A DNA stretch of 63,282 nucleotides, counting the filler. It is 5 parts of 5 records of this genome, joined end to end, with 100 filler letters (N's around TTAATTAATTAA, not from the genome) between each part and the next. Parts side by side here need not be neighbours in the genome. Positions count along the whole stretch, not along the records: positions 17,341 to 41,872 come from SRR20825019_1324; positions 41,973 to 51,906 come from SRR20825019_1326; 3 more parts are not named here. One strand, given 5' to 3'. Positions 38,806 through 50,031 of the stretch are shown one piece after another (position 1 is the stretch's first letter; each line of letters starts with the position of its first letter). Made by a program: the position numbers and the translations under genes. Under the pieces are notes generated by a model. It was not told where the DNA came from. It made no database searches and saw only the letters and a list, made by a program, of their open reading frames with translations.

Positions 38806-39648
38806 ATGGATATCCGCTATTCCGTCAACCAGCGCGATTTCAAGCGTTACACCACCGAAGAAGTCCGCGATGAGTTTTTGATCGAAAACCTCTATGTCGC
38901 CGATACGGTTGTTGCCGTTTACACCCATATCGACCGGATGGTGACCCTTGGCTGTATGCCGGTTACGCAAGCCGTGCCGCTCGACAAGGGCATCGATTGC
39001 ATGGGGACGTTCGGTACGAATTTCATTCTGGAACGCCGTGAAATCGGTATCTTCAACCTTGGCGGTTCCGGCTCGATCGAGGCAGACGGCGAGACCTTCA
39101 ATCTTGATTTCCAGGATTGCCTCTACATCACCCGCGGCACCAGATCCGTCACCTTCAAGAGTGACGATCCCGCCAAGCCGGCCAAATTCTACATGGTTTC
39201 CGCGCCGGCCCACAAAGCCTGCAAGACAACCTTTCTCAAGATGGCCGATGCAAAGAAGGTTCCGATGGGCGATACCGCCACGTCGAACAAGCGTGTCATC
39301 AACCAGTTCATTCACCCGGATGTTCTGGAAACCTGCCAGCTCTCCATGGGCCTGACCCAGCTGGAGCCGGGCAGTGTCTGGAACACCATGCCAGCCCATA
39401 CCCATGAGCGCCGCATGGAGATTTATACCTATTTCAACCTGCCGGAAGACCAGTCCGTCTTCCACATGATGGGTGAGGGCAAGCAGACCCGCCATATTCT
39501 GGTTCAGAACGAACAGGCTGTCATCAGCCCGTCCTGGAGCATTCATGCCGGTTGCGGCACGACCAGTTACACATTCATCTGGGCGATGGGCGGCGAAAAC
39601 CAGACGTTCAACGACATGGATGTCATCCCGATCAACCAATTGCGCTGA
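38806..39648 (+). CDS. kduI: 5-keto-4-deoxyuronate isomerase
   Basis: WNTMPAHTHERRME, SPSWSIH, WAMGGENQ; AAGGAG RBS before ATG 38806. Confidence 0.95.
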   Translation: MDIRYSVNQRDFKRYTTEEVRDEFLIENLYVADTVVAVYTHIDRMVTLGCMPVTQAVPLDKGIDCMGTFGTNFILERREIGIFNLGGSGSIEADGETFNLDFQDCLYITRGTRSVTFKSDDPAKPAKFYMVSAPAHKACKTTFLKMADAKKVPMGDTATSNKRVINQFIHPDVLETCQLSMGLTQLEPGSVWNTMPAHTHERRMEIYTYFNLPEDQSVFHMMGEGKQTRHILVQNEQAVISPSWSIHAGCGTTSYTFIWAMGGENQTFNDMDVIPINQLR

Positions 39649-39708
39649 TCGCCGGAACAGATCCAATCCCCGAACTGAACATCTCTTGAATACAGAAAGA
39701 TCCGACCC

Positions 39709-40494
39709 ATGAATTTTGCAGACAATTTTTCACTTGAAGGCAAGGTCGCGCTGGTCACCGGCGCTTCCTACGGTATCGGCTTTTCCATCGCTTCCGCTCT
39801 GGCCGAAGCCGGTGCGACAATCGTCTTCAACGACATCAACGAGGATTTCCTCAAGAAGGGCGTTGCCGACTACAAGGAAGCGGGCATCGACGCCAAAGGC
39901 TACATCTGCGATGTGACCGATGAGCCTGCCGTGCAGAAAATGGTGGCCCAGATTGCCGAAGACGTCGGCCCGGTCGATATTCTCGTCAACAATGCCGGCA
40001 TCATCGCCCGTACGCCGATGCACGAAATGGAGGCAGGCGATTTCCGCAAGGTCATCGATATCGATCTGACGGCCCCCTTCATCCTCGCCAAGGCCGTTCT
40101 GCCATCGATGATGGAACGCCGCAGCGGCAAAATCATCAACATCTGCTCGATGATGAGCGAACTTGGCCGCGAGACGGTTTCGGCCTATGCGGCGGCCAAG
40201 GGCGGGCTGAAAATGCTGACGCGCAATATCGCGTCGGAATATGGCGCCTACAACATTCAGTGCAACGGTATCGGTCCGGGCTATATCGAAACCCCGCAGA
40301 CAGCACCGCTGCGTGAACCCGGCCACCCGTTCAATTCCTTCATCCTCGCCAAGACCCCGGCCAATCGCTGGGGCACGACCGGCGATCTGAAGGGCCCGGC
40401 CGTCTTCCTCGCCTCATCGGCCTCGGATTTCGTCAACGGTCACGTTCTCTACGTTGACGGCGGCATCCTCGCCTATATCGGCAAACAGCCGTAA
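39709..40494 (+). CDS. kduD: 2-keto-3-deoxygluconate 5-dehydrogenase / gluconate 5-dehydrogenase SDR
   Basis: TGASYGIG, NNAG, YAAAKG; directly downstream of kduI. Confidence 0.85.
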   Translation: MNFADNFSLEGKVALVTGASYGIGFSIASALAEAGATIVFNDINEDFLKKGVADYKEAGIDAKGYICDVTDEPAVQKMVAQIAEDVGPVDILVNNAGIIARTPMHEMEAGDFRKVIDIDLTAPFILAKAVLPSMMERRSGKIINICSMMSELGRETVSAYAAAKGGLKMLTRNIASEYGAYNIQCNGIGPGYIETPQTAPLREPGHPFNSFILAKTPANRWGTTGDLKGPAVFLASSASDFVNGHVLYVDGGILAYIGKQP

Positions 40495-40543
40495 TCAGGC
40501 TGCGGAACGGAACGAGGCGGGCTTTACAGACCCGTCACATGAA

Positions 40544-40591
40544 ACCTGAAGTTCGTCTCATTGCCTGTCCGGCTCTGAACGAACTTCAGGT
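40544..40591. terminator. Inverted repeat between convergent kduD and Rid genes
   Basis: ACCTGAAGTTCGT...ACGAACTTCAGGT, 13-bp arms. Confidence 0.5.
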
Positions 40592-40669
40592 CAAAGGCAT
40601 GGCTGGCCCTGAACCGCTAAGGAAAGTTCATATGGCCCGGGTGGTTTTCAGGTTTGGAATTCACCACAC

Positions 40670-41056
40670 TCAAGCGGGCTTATAGGCGATGGCCTCGATC
40701 TCCACGAGAATATTTATCATCAGCCGCGCCTCGCTGGCGGTGCGGGCGGGAAATTTTCCGGGTTCGAAAAAGGCCGAATAAGCCTTGTTGAACAAGCCGA
40801 AATCCCGCGCATCATGCAGCCAGACAGTTGTCTTGCAAATATCGGACAACTCGCAGCCTGCCAGCTTCAGAGCCTTTTCAACATTCTTCATCACCTGATT
40901 TGTCTGGCTTGTAATGTCATGCGGGGCGATTGACCCATCATCGCAAATCGGCACCTGACCGGAGACATAGACATAATCTCCGGCCCGGACAGCGGGGCTG
41001 AGAGGTACGGCACTCGGTGAGGTTTCCGGGGCGTGAAAATGCTTGATTTCGGACAT
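40670..41056 (-). CDS. RidA/YjgF-family protein
   Basis: VYVSGQVP, FNKAY, FPART, VEIEAIA motifs. Confidence 0.92.
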   Translation of the reverse strand: MSEIKHFHAPETSPSAVPLSPAVRAGDYVYVSGQVPICDDGSIAPHDITSQTNQVMKNVEKALKLAGCELSDICKTTVWLHDARDFGLFNKAYSAFFEPGKFPARTASEARLMINILVEIEAIAYKPA

Positions 41057-41353
41057 TATGAATTCACCTTTGAAAATTTTATAAAGCCGGACGGCCGGTT
41101 ATCGAAGGGACGGGCCCTCCGGAACGGAAAGCCTATGACGGAGCTTTCAGTGCCGTCAATGCGCGGGGTTGCTGCTTTTCGCAAACAGAAATGTTGTGCA
41201 GAAAGATTTGTCGTGCAAGCATCCGGCACCTTCATGCCGGAACTGTAATGGTGCGGTGGCTCCGTGACGATGCACGCAATGCAAAATCGGCAGAGCCTCA
41301 CTAATCTCAAACCTGCAGCAACGGCACTGGCTGACAAAAAACGGGGAACTGAA

Positions 41354-41872
41354 ATGCAAAGACTGCAAGGGCGCGTTGCGCTTGTCACAGGTGGTGTGGG
41401 CGGCATTGGTGCGGCAATTGTCGAAGATTTTTTCGCCGAAGGCGCACATGTCATCATCTCGGATGTGCGGCAGGACAAGGTTGACGAGGCCGTCGCCGCC
41501 TATAAGGCCAGGGGATTTTCTGTCGCTGGTGCGGCGGCCAGCATTACCGATTTTGAAGCCCTGCAGACCGCCGTTGACGCAGCGGTCGGCGCGCTTGGTA
41601 CGGTCGATATTGTTGTTGCCAATGCCTTTGTTGGTGGCGAAGCCCCCACGCTTGATAAAACCTCGCCCGAAGATTTCCGCAATGATGTTGCCGATAATCT
41701 CGCCGGACAGTTCAACACGGTCCGCGTTGTCATTGATGGCATGAAAGCCCGGAAGAAAGGCGCCATTGTCATGGTTGGGTCCGTGAATGGACTGGCAACC
41801 CTCGGGCAACCGGCCTACAGCGCGGCCAAGGCCGGACTTGTCAGCCTGACGCGCACCATGGCGACCGAATAC
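41354..41872 (+). CDS. SDR oxidoreductase (3' truncated)
   Basis: TGGVGGIG and YSAAKAG motifs. Confidence 0.9.
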
Positions 41873-41972
41873 NNNNNNNNNNNNNNNNNNNNNNNNNNNN
41901 NNNNNNNNNNNNNNNNTTAATTAATTAANNNNNNNNNNNNNNNNNNNNNNNNNNNNNNNNNNNNNNNNNNNN
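41873..41972. other. Artificial contig spacer
   Basis: N-runs plus TTAATTAATTAA. Confidence 0.99.
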
Positions 41973-42348
41973 AGTGGTGCCGCTCAAGGTGGTCAAGGCC
42001 GTGCTCCCCGACCCCTCTTCGCTTGCTCCCGGCTATACTGGCAACACCTGCATCGGCGATTTCGTCAAGGGCACCAAGGACGGCAAGCCGGCGGAAGTGT
42101 TCATCTACAACGTGTCGGACCATAAGGACGCCTTCAACGAAGTTGGCAGCCAGGGCATTTCCTACACCGCCGGCGTTCCCCCGGTCGCCGCCGCGATCCT
42201 GGTCGCGTCCGGCGAATGGGACGTGAAGACCATGGCCAATGTCGAGGAACTGCCGCCCAAGCCGTTCCTGCATATCCTGAACCAGATCGGCCTGCCGACC
42301 CGAATTCGCGACAAGGACGGCGACAGGGCTCTCGATTTTTCGAAGTAA
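41973..42348 (+). CDS. Saccharopine dehydrogenase family / carboxynorspermidine dehydrogenase, C-terminal part
   Basis: LKVVKAVLPDPSSL, SQGISYTAGVP, NVEELPPKPF. Confidence 0.85.
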
Positions 42349-42370
42349 GCCGCGACACGCCGAAACAACG

Positions 42371-42404
42371 AAGCCCTGCCCGTCAAACGGCGGGGTTTTT
42401 CTTT
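42371..42404 (+). terminator. Intrinsic terminator
   Basis: AAGCCCTGCC...GGCGGGGTTTTTCTTT. Confidence 0.75.
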
Positions 42405-42453
42405 GTCCGCTTCATGCTAAAACCGCTATCAACGGAACGGGCGGGCGTAAGCG

Positions 42454-43665
42454 ATGGTACTGACAGACAAACGCATCCTTCTGATCATTGCCGGCGGCAT
42501 CGCGGCTTACAAAAGCCTCGACCTGATCCGCCGGCTGAAGGAACGCGGCGCGGCGGTAACACCGGTGATGACTGCGGCGGCGCAGGAATTCATCACCCCG
42601 CTTGCCGTCGGCGCGCTGTCCGGCGGACATGTGTTCACCGATCTGTTTTTGCGCGAGGACGAGCAGGATGTCGGCCATATCCGCCTTGCCCGCGAGCATG
42701 ATCTGATCGTGGTCGCGCCCGCCACCGCCAGCCTGATGGCGAAGATGGCGGCCGGCATCGCCGACGATCTCGCCGGCGCGGTGCTTCTGGCGCGCGATTG
42801 CCCGGTCCTGATCGCCCCCGCGATGAACCCGAAAATGTGGGCCGCAGCGCCGACGGCGCGCAATCTCGCGACCCTGCGCGCCGATGGCGTGATGACGGTC
42901 GGTCCCGGCGTCGGCGAGATGGCGGAGCGCGGCGAGGCCGGCGCCGGACGAATGGCGGAGCCGCTCGAGATTGTGGCGGCGATCGAGGCTGCGCTCTCCC
43001 CCGCGCCGAAGCCGCTTGTCGGCCGGTGCGCGGTCGTCACCTCAGGTCCGACGGTCGAGGCGATCGATCCGGTGCGCTACATCGCCAACCGCTCATCGGG
43101 CCGGCAGGGCCACGCGATCGCCGCTGCCCTTGCCCGGTTGGGCGCCGAGGTGACGCTTGTCTCCGGCCCGGTCAATATCGCCGATCCCGAGGGTGTTTCG
43201 GTGGTGCATGTCGAAAGCGCGCGTGAGATGCTTGCCGCGGTGGAAGCAGCCCTCCCCGCCGATATCGCGGTAATGGTCGCGGCGGTATCGGACTGGCGGG
43301 CAGAGGATGCGGCGACGCAGAAGATGAAGAAAAAACCCGGCGAGGCCCCGCCGCCGCTGAAACTGGTCGAGAACCCCGACATCCTGAAAACCATCGGTCA
43401 TCATGCCGATCGCCCGGCGCTGGTCGTCGGTTTTGCCGCAGAAACCAACGATGTCGCCGCTTATGCGAGCGACAAGCTTGCCCGTAAGGGAGCCGACATG
43501 ATCGTCGCCAACGACGTGTCGGAGGAGGGAGTCATGGGCGGTTCGCGCAACCGGGTGACGCTGGTGACGAAGGATGGCGCGGAAGGCTGGCCCGACATGG
43601 ACAAGGCCGATGTCGCTGCCCGACTTGTGGCATGGATCGCGGCGCGGTTTGGGACCGGAACATAG
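42454..43665 (+). CDS. coaBC: Phosphopantothenoylcysteine decarboxylase/ligase
   Basis: GGIAAYKS, PAMN, DPVRYIANRSSG, VGFAAET motifs. Confidence 0.96.
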   Translation: MVLTDKRILLIIAGGIAAYKSLDLIRRLKERGAAVTPVMTAAAQEFITPLAVGALSGGHVFTDLFLREDEQDVGHIRLAREHDLIVVAPATASLMAKMAAGIADDLAGAVLLARDCPVLIAPAMNPKMWAAAPTARNLATLRADGVMTVGPGVGEMAERGEAGAGRMAEPLEIVAAIEAALSPAPKPLVGRCAVVTSGPTVEAIDPVRYIANRSSGRQGHAIAAALARLGAEVTLVSGPVNIADPEGVSVVHVESAREMLAAVEAALPADIAVMVAAVSDWRAEDAATQKMKKKPGEAPPPLKLVENPDILKTIGHHADRPALVVGFAAETNDVAAYASDKLARKGADMIVANDVSEEGVMGGSRNRVTLVTKDGAEGWPDMDKADVAARLVAWIAARFGTGT

Positions 43666-43672
43666 TCTCAGC

Positions 43673-44953
43673 TCAGTCCGTCTCCATCCGCCAGCGCGGC
43701 CAGCTGATGGTGATGCGGGCGCCGCCTGCGTTTTCGAAGGTCAGCGTCGCGCCGGCGCGCTCCAAGAGCGTCTTGGCGATGAACAGCCCAAGCCCAAGCC
43801 CCCCTGCCCGATTGGCCCCCTGACGGTCTGAAACGAAGGGATCGCCGATGCGCGCGAGAATCTCCGGCGCATAGCCGCCGCCATCGTCGCTGACAGTAAT
43901 GGTGACACGGGTGGCATCGTGATGCGCTGCGATCGTCACCGCGCGGCGAGCGTGTTCGACGGCATTCTCGATGATGTTGCCGAGACCGTAGAGCACCGCC
44001 GGATTGCGCTGGCCCACGGGTTCGGGACCGGCGCCGTCAATGTTGATCTGCATCTCCGCGACGAATGGCCGGTGGGGGGCCGCCGCTTCCTCCAGCAACG
44101 AGGACAGCGGCAGCCGGCGCATATGGCTCTCGTCCTCCTTGGAAAGCGAGGCAAGGCGGGCGAGAATGTCGCGGCAGCGCTGGCTCTGGCTGACCAGCAG
44201 TTGCACGTCCTCGCCATGGGTCGGATCGTCGCCGAGCGCGCGCGCCATTTCCTTGGCCACCACGGAAATCGTGGCGAGCGGCGTTCCAAGCTCGTGGGCG
44301 GCGGCGGCGGCCAGTCCGTCAAGCTGGGAAAGGTGCTGTTCGCGCTGCAGCACCAGCTCGGTCGCGGCCAGCGCATCGGATATCTGCTCGGCCTCCAGCG
44401 AAATCCGGTGGGCGTAGAAGGCGGCGAAGCTCAGCATCGAGATGATCGCGGTCCAGATCCCGAATTTCAGCACCGGTTCGATCTCGAGCGAAAGCCCCTC
44501 ATACCAGGGCAGCGGAAAAGGTTCGATCGCCAGTAGCGAAACGCCCGCGACCGCCAGCACCAGAAGTGCTGTCGCATGGCGCAGAGGCAGCGCGGTGAAG
44601 GAAATGATCACCGGCACCGAAATCAGCGGCACGAACGGATTGGCGAGCCCGCCGGTCAGATAGAGCAGGGCGGTGAGCTGCATCAGGTCGAAGCCGAGCA
44701 GGGCGAAGGCGAAACGCGGCTCCACCCGCTGGGTCGCCGGAAAGCGCAGCGCCAGCACAAGATTGCCGAGCGCGAGCGCTGCGATCAGCGCGAATACGGG
44801 GATGACCGGCAGCGAGAAGTCGATACCGAAAGCCACGAAGATCGCGGTCGCCGACTGGCCGGCAACCGCCAGCCAGCGCAGCCGCACCAGCGTTTGCAGG
44901 CGCAGGCTGCGGCGGCGTTCCTTCTCCAGCATTCCCGTTGGCGGCGCCCTCAT
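43673..44953 (-). CDS. regB: Redox-sensing histidine kinase RegB/ActS/PrrB
   Basis: LRWLAVAGQ, GGLANPF, AHELGTPLATI, RCRDIL, GLGLGLFIA. Confidence 0.93.
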   Translation of the reverse strand: MRAPPTGMLEKERRRSLRLQTLVRLRWLAVAGQSATAIFVAFGIDFSLPVIPVFALIAALALGNLVLALRFPATQRVEPRFAFALLGFDLMQLTALLYLTGGLANPFVPLISVPVIISFTALPLRHATALLVLAVAGVSLLAIEPFPLPWYEGLSLEIEPVLKFGIWTAIISMLSFAAFYAHRISLEAEQISDALAATELVLQREQHLSQLDGLAAAAAHELGTPLATISVVAKEMARALGDDPTHGEDVQLLVSQSQRCRDILARLASLSKEDESHMRRLPLSSLLEEAAAPHRPFVAEMQINIDGAGPEPVGQRNPAVLYGLGNIIENAVEHARRAVTIAAHHDATRVTITVSDDGGGYAPEILARIGDPFVSDRQGANRAGGLGLGLFIAKTLLERAGATLTFENAGGARITISWPRWRMETD

Positions 44954-44966
44954 GGTGGGTCTCCTG

Positions 44967-47411
44967 TCACGTTCCGCGCGGCTTGGCCCTGCGCGTGGGT
45001 TCGGCATCGGCCGGGTGTTCCGGCCAGAGATGTTTCGGGTAGCGCCCGCGCATGTCGGCGCGCACATCCTTCCACGATCCGGCCCAGAAACCGGGAAGGT
45101 CGCGGGTGGTCTGGATCGGCCGGCCGGCGGGCGAGGTCAGTTCCAGCAGCAACGGCACGCCGCCGGCAATCTTCGGATGGGTCTTCAGCCCGTAAAGCAT
45201 CTGCACCCGGATCGAAAGTGTCGGCTCATCGCCATCATAGCGGATCGGCAGGCGGTCGCCGGTGGGCGCGGTAAAGTGGGTTGGCGCGAGCCGGTCGAGA
45301 TCGGCGGCGAGCGGATAGGGCAGCAGCGATTTGAGCCCGTCCGTCAGGCTGTGGGGCGCGATCGAAGCAATCGACGTCCGGCCCGTCTGGAACGGCGTGA
45401 ACCAGGTGTCGAGGCTTTCGGTCAGGCCCTCGTCGCTGACATCGGGCCAGGGGAGCCCGAGCTTTCTGTTGAGGAAGCCGATCCGTTCCCTGAGATGCGC
45501 CGCCTCTTTCGGAAAGTCGATCAGCGCCAGTCCGTGCTGGCGCAGACCCTCGGCAAGGGCCTCTGCCGCCGGCTCGCCCGAAGGCCTTTTGACCGCGCGT
45601 TCGGAAAGCACCAGCGCGCCCAGGCGGCGGACATGGCGGGCGCGGACCGATAGGCTGTCGCGGTCGAACACGCATTCCTCCAGAGTCTCGATCTCCGGAT
45701 GACCCTCGACAATGTCGCGTGAAAGCGGGCAGGCGGCAAGAATGCGGCCGCGCGCAGCCGAACCGGTGAGATCGGCGATCACCAGAAAATCCTGGCCGGC
45801 AAGCGGATCATCCTCGGCAAGCTCGGCCCCGCGCCCGTTCGCCATCAGGTAGCGTCCGCGCGCGCCACGGGCCATGGCGATGCGGTCGGGAAAGGCATGC
45901 ATCAGCGCCTCACCGGGGTCGAACGGGCCGTCGGGGCGGCGGTCGCCCGCTGCCTTTGCGATCCGGGCGGCGAGACCGCGCGCGGCCTCGGCGCGGGGCG
46001 ACCGATCGGTGGAAAACCGCCGCAGCCGCTCCGACAGATCGATACCGGTGCCGCCGAGCCCCTGCTCGCTCATCAGCACGGCAAGCCGTGCGGCGTCGCG
46101 CGCATGGCCACCGCGGCCGGCGTTGATCACCATGGCTGCAAGGCGCGGCGGCAGCGACAGTGCCCGGATGCGCTTGCCGGTTTCGCTCAGGCGTCCATCC
46201 GCGCCGAGCGCGCCGAGGGCTGCGAGCAGCTTTTTCGCCTCGGCAAAGGCCGGGGCGGGCGGCTGGTCGGGAAAGGCAAGCTGTGCCGGATCGCTCACGC
46301 CCCAATGGGCAAGGTCGAGAACGAGGCCGGAAAGGTCGGATTTCATGATTTCCGGTGGGCTGAAGGGGGCAAGCGCTGCCGTCTGGCCCTCATGCCAGAG
46401 CCTGAGCGCGATACCCGGCGCGGTGCGACCCGCGCGGCCGGCGCGCTGGTCGGCGGCCGCGCGCGACACTCTCACGGTTTCCAGCCGGGTAATGCCGGTC
46501 GCCGGCTCATAGGCTGGCTGGCGCTGCAGGCCGCTGTCGATGACGATGGTGACGCCGTCGATGGTGATCGAGGTTTCGGCAATCGAGGTGGCGAGCACCA
46601 CCTTGCGGCGTCCCGCGGGTGCGGGTTTGATCGCGGCATCCTGCTCGGCGCGGGTGAGATTGCCGTAGAGCGGCGCGATGTCGGTATTATCGCCGACCCT
46701 CCCCTCCAGCCGCTCCGCGGTGCGGCGGATTTCGGCCTGGCCCGGCAGGAAGGCGAGGATCGAGCCCTGCTCGGCGGAAAGCATGGCGCGCACGGCGTCG
46801 CTGACGCTGTCTTCGATGCGCGATTGCGGTGGCCGGACCTGATGGCGGATCTCGACCGGATAGGCCCTGCCCTTGCTCTCGATCACCGGCGCATCGTCGA
46901 GAAGGGCTGCGATCCGGGCGACATCCAGCGTCGCGGACATCACCAGGATCCTGAGGTCCTCGCGCAGGCCGGAGCGGATATCGAGCGCGAGCGCCAGCCC
47001 GAAATCGGCATCGAGCGAGCGTTCGTGGAATTCGTCGAAGATCACCGTCGAGATCCCGGAAAGCTCGGGGTCCTCCAGCGCCATGCGCGCGAACACGCCC
47101 TCGGTCACCACTTCGATGCGGGTGCGGGCCGAGATTTTGGTGTCGAGCCGCATGCGGTAGCCAACGGTGCCGCCGGGCTCTTCGCCGAGAAGGGAAGCCA
47201 TCCGCAAGGCGCTGGCGCGGGCGGCGAGCCTTCGCGGCTCGAGCAGGATGATCCTGCCCGCCGAGCCATGTTTCAGAAGGTGAAGCGGCACCAGCGTGGT
47301 CTTGCCGGCGCCGGGCGGCGCTGAAAGAACTGCGCGGCCGTGCCGTTTCAACGCCGATGTCAGCGGCTCCAGCACGGCGGTGACGGGCAGCGCTTTCGTT
47401 TGGTCCCTCAT
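44967..47411 (-). CDS. hrpB: ATP-dependent RNA helicase HrpB
   Basis: PGAGKTT, DEFHER, QRAGRAGR; C-terminal RGRYPKHLWP. Confidence 0.96.
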   Translation of the reverse strand: MRDQTKALPVTAVLEPLTSALKRHGRAVLSAPPGAGKTTLVPLHLLKHGSAGRIILLEPRRLAARASALRMASLLGEEPGGTVGYRMRLDTKISARTRIEVVTEGVFARMALEDPELSGISTVIFDEFHERSLDADFGLALALDIRSGLREDLRILVMSATLDVARIAALLDDAPVIESKGRAYPVEIRHQVRPPQSRIEDSVSDAVRAMLSAEQGSILAFLPGQAEIRRTAERLEGRVGDNTDIAPLYGNLTRAEQDAAIKPAPAGRRKVVLATSIAETSITIDGVTIVIDSGLQRQPAYEPATGITRLETVRVSRAAADQRAGRAGRTAPGIALRLWHEGQTAALAPFSPPEIMKSDLSGLVLDLAHWGVSDPAQLAFPDQPPAPAFAEAKKLLAALGALGADGRLSETGKRIRALSLPPRLAAMVINAGRGGHARDAARLAVLMSEQGLGGTGIDLSERLRRFSTDRSPRAEAARGLAARIAKAAGDRRPDGPFDPGEALMHAFPDRIAMARGARGRYLMANGRGAELAEDDPLAGQDFLVIADLTGSAARGRILAACPLSRDIVEGHPEIETLEECVFDRDSLSVRARHVRRLGALVLSERAVKRPSGEPAAEALAEGLRQHGLALIDFPKEAAHLRERIGFLNRKLGLPWPDVSDEGLTESLDTWFTPFQTGRTSIASIAPHSLTDGLKSLLPYPLAADLDRLAPTHFTAPTGDRLPIRYDGDEPTLSIRVQMLYGLKTHPKIAGGVPLLLELTSPAGRPIQTTRDLPGFWAGSWKDVRADMRGRYPKHLWPEHPADAEPTRRAKPRGT

Positions 47412-47531
47412 GTTTGCGCGGTCCTGCTTTGCATGCGCAATCTGATAGAGCAAAAGCGGCTCTCGGGCAAAGCGTGGTTTGACCGCGTCCGGTCGGGCGT
47501 CGAAGCCGCTGTTATCCAGAGCGGTCCGGGC

Positions 47532-48779
47532 TCAGCCCCATTTTTTCAGCGAGGCGGCGAGTTCCTTGTGGGTGGCGGCATGGGCTTGAAGCGTCTGCCC
47601 GGAGGCCGCCGCCTCCCAGGCCTGACGGATCGCGCGTACGCCGGCACCCGGACCGCCCGGATGGCCATGAATGCCGCCGCCGCCGAGATACATCAGGTCG
47701 AGCGTGCGGCCGGTGCGCAGATAGGTCTCGACCGCCTGTCCGCCCCATTGCCCCGAGCAGACCACCGGTAGCGGCCGGTCGTCCTCTGAGAAGATCGGCG
47801 TCATCACGTCATGGAAGGATTTGACGAAGCTTTCGTCGGGTTCCCAGTATTTGGCGCGGATGCCGTTGATCTGGAACTGGTCGACGCCGAGCAGCCGCCA
47901 GATCTTCTGATAGGCGGTGAATTCCATGCCCAGCGCCGGGTGGCGGGTCAGGATATCCCAGCCGTTACGGTGGGCGTGGAGACATAAAGCGGAGCGTTTG
48001 CGCAGGAACGACATGCCGCCATGGCCGATCGAGTTGATATTGACGACAGCCGCATTGCCGCTGTTTTCCATCACGTAGTCGTGGTTTTCCATCATCGTGT
48101 CGGGATCGGCGGACGAGATGCCGAAGGCATACATCACCTGCTTTCCGGTCCGCTCGGCATGCTCCCTGATCACCGGCATGATCGCGTCGACCCGCGCCGT
48201 GAGCGGCGCATAGGCCGGGTTCATCATCTTCTCGTCGTCCTTGATGAAGTCGACACCGGCCTCGCAGAGCGTGCGCACCACGTCCGCCGTGTCCTCCGGC
48301 GTCAGCCCGAGCGAGGGCTTGATGATCGAGGCGATCATCGGGCCGCTGTCGACGCCCATCAGCCGGCGCGATCCGGCAATGCCGAATTGCGGGCCGGGAT
48401 GGCAGGACCATGCGTCGGGAAGGTCGATATCCATGACGCGGATGCCGGACAGTCCGCGCGCGGCAAACACGCCGCCGATCGCGATGGTCATCAGCGCCGC
48501 GATATCGGTGCCGATCGCTTCCAGCGGATAGGCGATCGTCACGTCGGCGCGATGGTATGGTCCGTTGTCGCTCGTGTCGGGAAAGCCGGGGGTCTCGGTA
48601 TCGGAAAGCGGCACGATCGTCTCGACCCGGGCCGCGCAGCGTTTGCGCACCGCATCGGTCTCGCCCGGAAGTTCGGTGAAGGTGCCGGTCGACTGGTCGG
48701 AGGCGATTTTGGCGGCCATCGCCTCGATGCTGCCGGCGCATTCGATGCGATAGGTCACCCGGATAAAATCGTCGTTCAT
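47532..48779 (-). CDS. oiaX: RuBisCO-like protein (form IV), probably 3-oxo-isoapionate-4-phosphate transcarboxylase/hydrolase type
   Basis: IIKPSLGL, DFIKDDE, HAHRNG, SGQW, GGGIHGHP; no small subunit; adjacent to an apiose-type transporter. Confidence 0.75.
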   Translation of the reverse strand: MNDDFIRVTYRIECAGSIEAMAAKIASDQSTGTFTELPGETDAVRKRCAARVETIVPLSDTETPGFPDTSDNGPYHRADVTIAYPLEAIGTDIAALMTIAIGGVFAARGLSGIRVMDIDLPDAWSCHPGPQFGIAGSRRLMGVDSGPMIASIIKPSLGLTPEDTADVVRTLCEAGVDFIKDDEKMMNPAYAPLTARVDAIMPVIREHAERTGKQVMYAFGISSADPDTMMENHDYVMENSGNAAVVNINSIGHGGMSFLRKRSALCLHAHRNGWDILTRHPALGMEFTAYQKIWRLLGVDQFQINGIRAKYWEPDESFVKSFHDVMTPIFSEDDRPLPVVCSGQWGGQAVETYLRTGRTLDLMYLGGGGIHGHPGGPGAGVRAIRQAWEAAASGQTLQAHAATHKELAASLKKWG

Positions 48780-48945
48780 GCGTTCCTCCTTGTCGTTCCG
48801 CCCACCCGAACGCCCGGATCGGCCCTTGCGTTCAGGTTTCCGCAGGCTGTCATTTTACACCGCTCCGTTGTCACTTCGAAATGGCTGTCTGCCGTCGGTT
48901 CGTTCGGTCGGTGTCGGTTTTCATCTGTAATGCTCATCATACCTG

Positions 48946-48967
48946 TTGACAAATGATTTGTCATACC
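48946..48967. promoter_or_regulatory. Operator overlapping the -35 of the apiose transporter promoter
   Basis: TTGACA (48946) overlaps the dyad TGACAAAT-g-ATTTGTCA; TCATACC repeated at 48937 and 48961. Confidence 0.6.
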
Positions 48968-49016
48968 ACAGGTTTCCATCACTCAGGGAGAAAACCATCC
49001 ATGGAGGATGGTCTGA

Positions 49017-49967
<951 letters not shown>

Positions 49968-50031
49968 TCGACGCGGGTCCGGCGGCCTTTCGTCGGACCC
50001 GGCCATCACCGAGATCCTGAATAGGTGTGAC

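Noticed and set aside
47532-48779. True RuBisCO and CO2 fixation
   Set aside because: No small subunit or cbb genes; motifs and context indicate a form IV RuBisCO-like protein.
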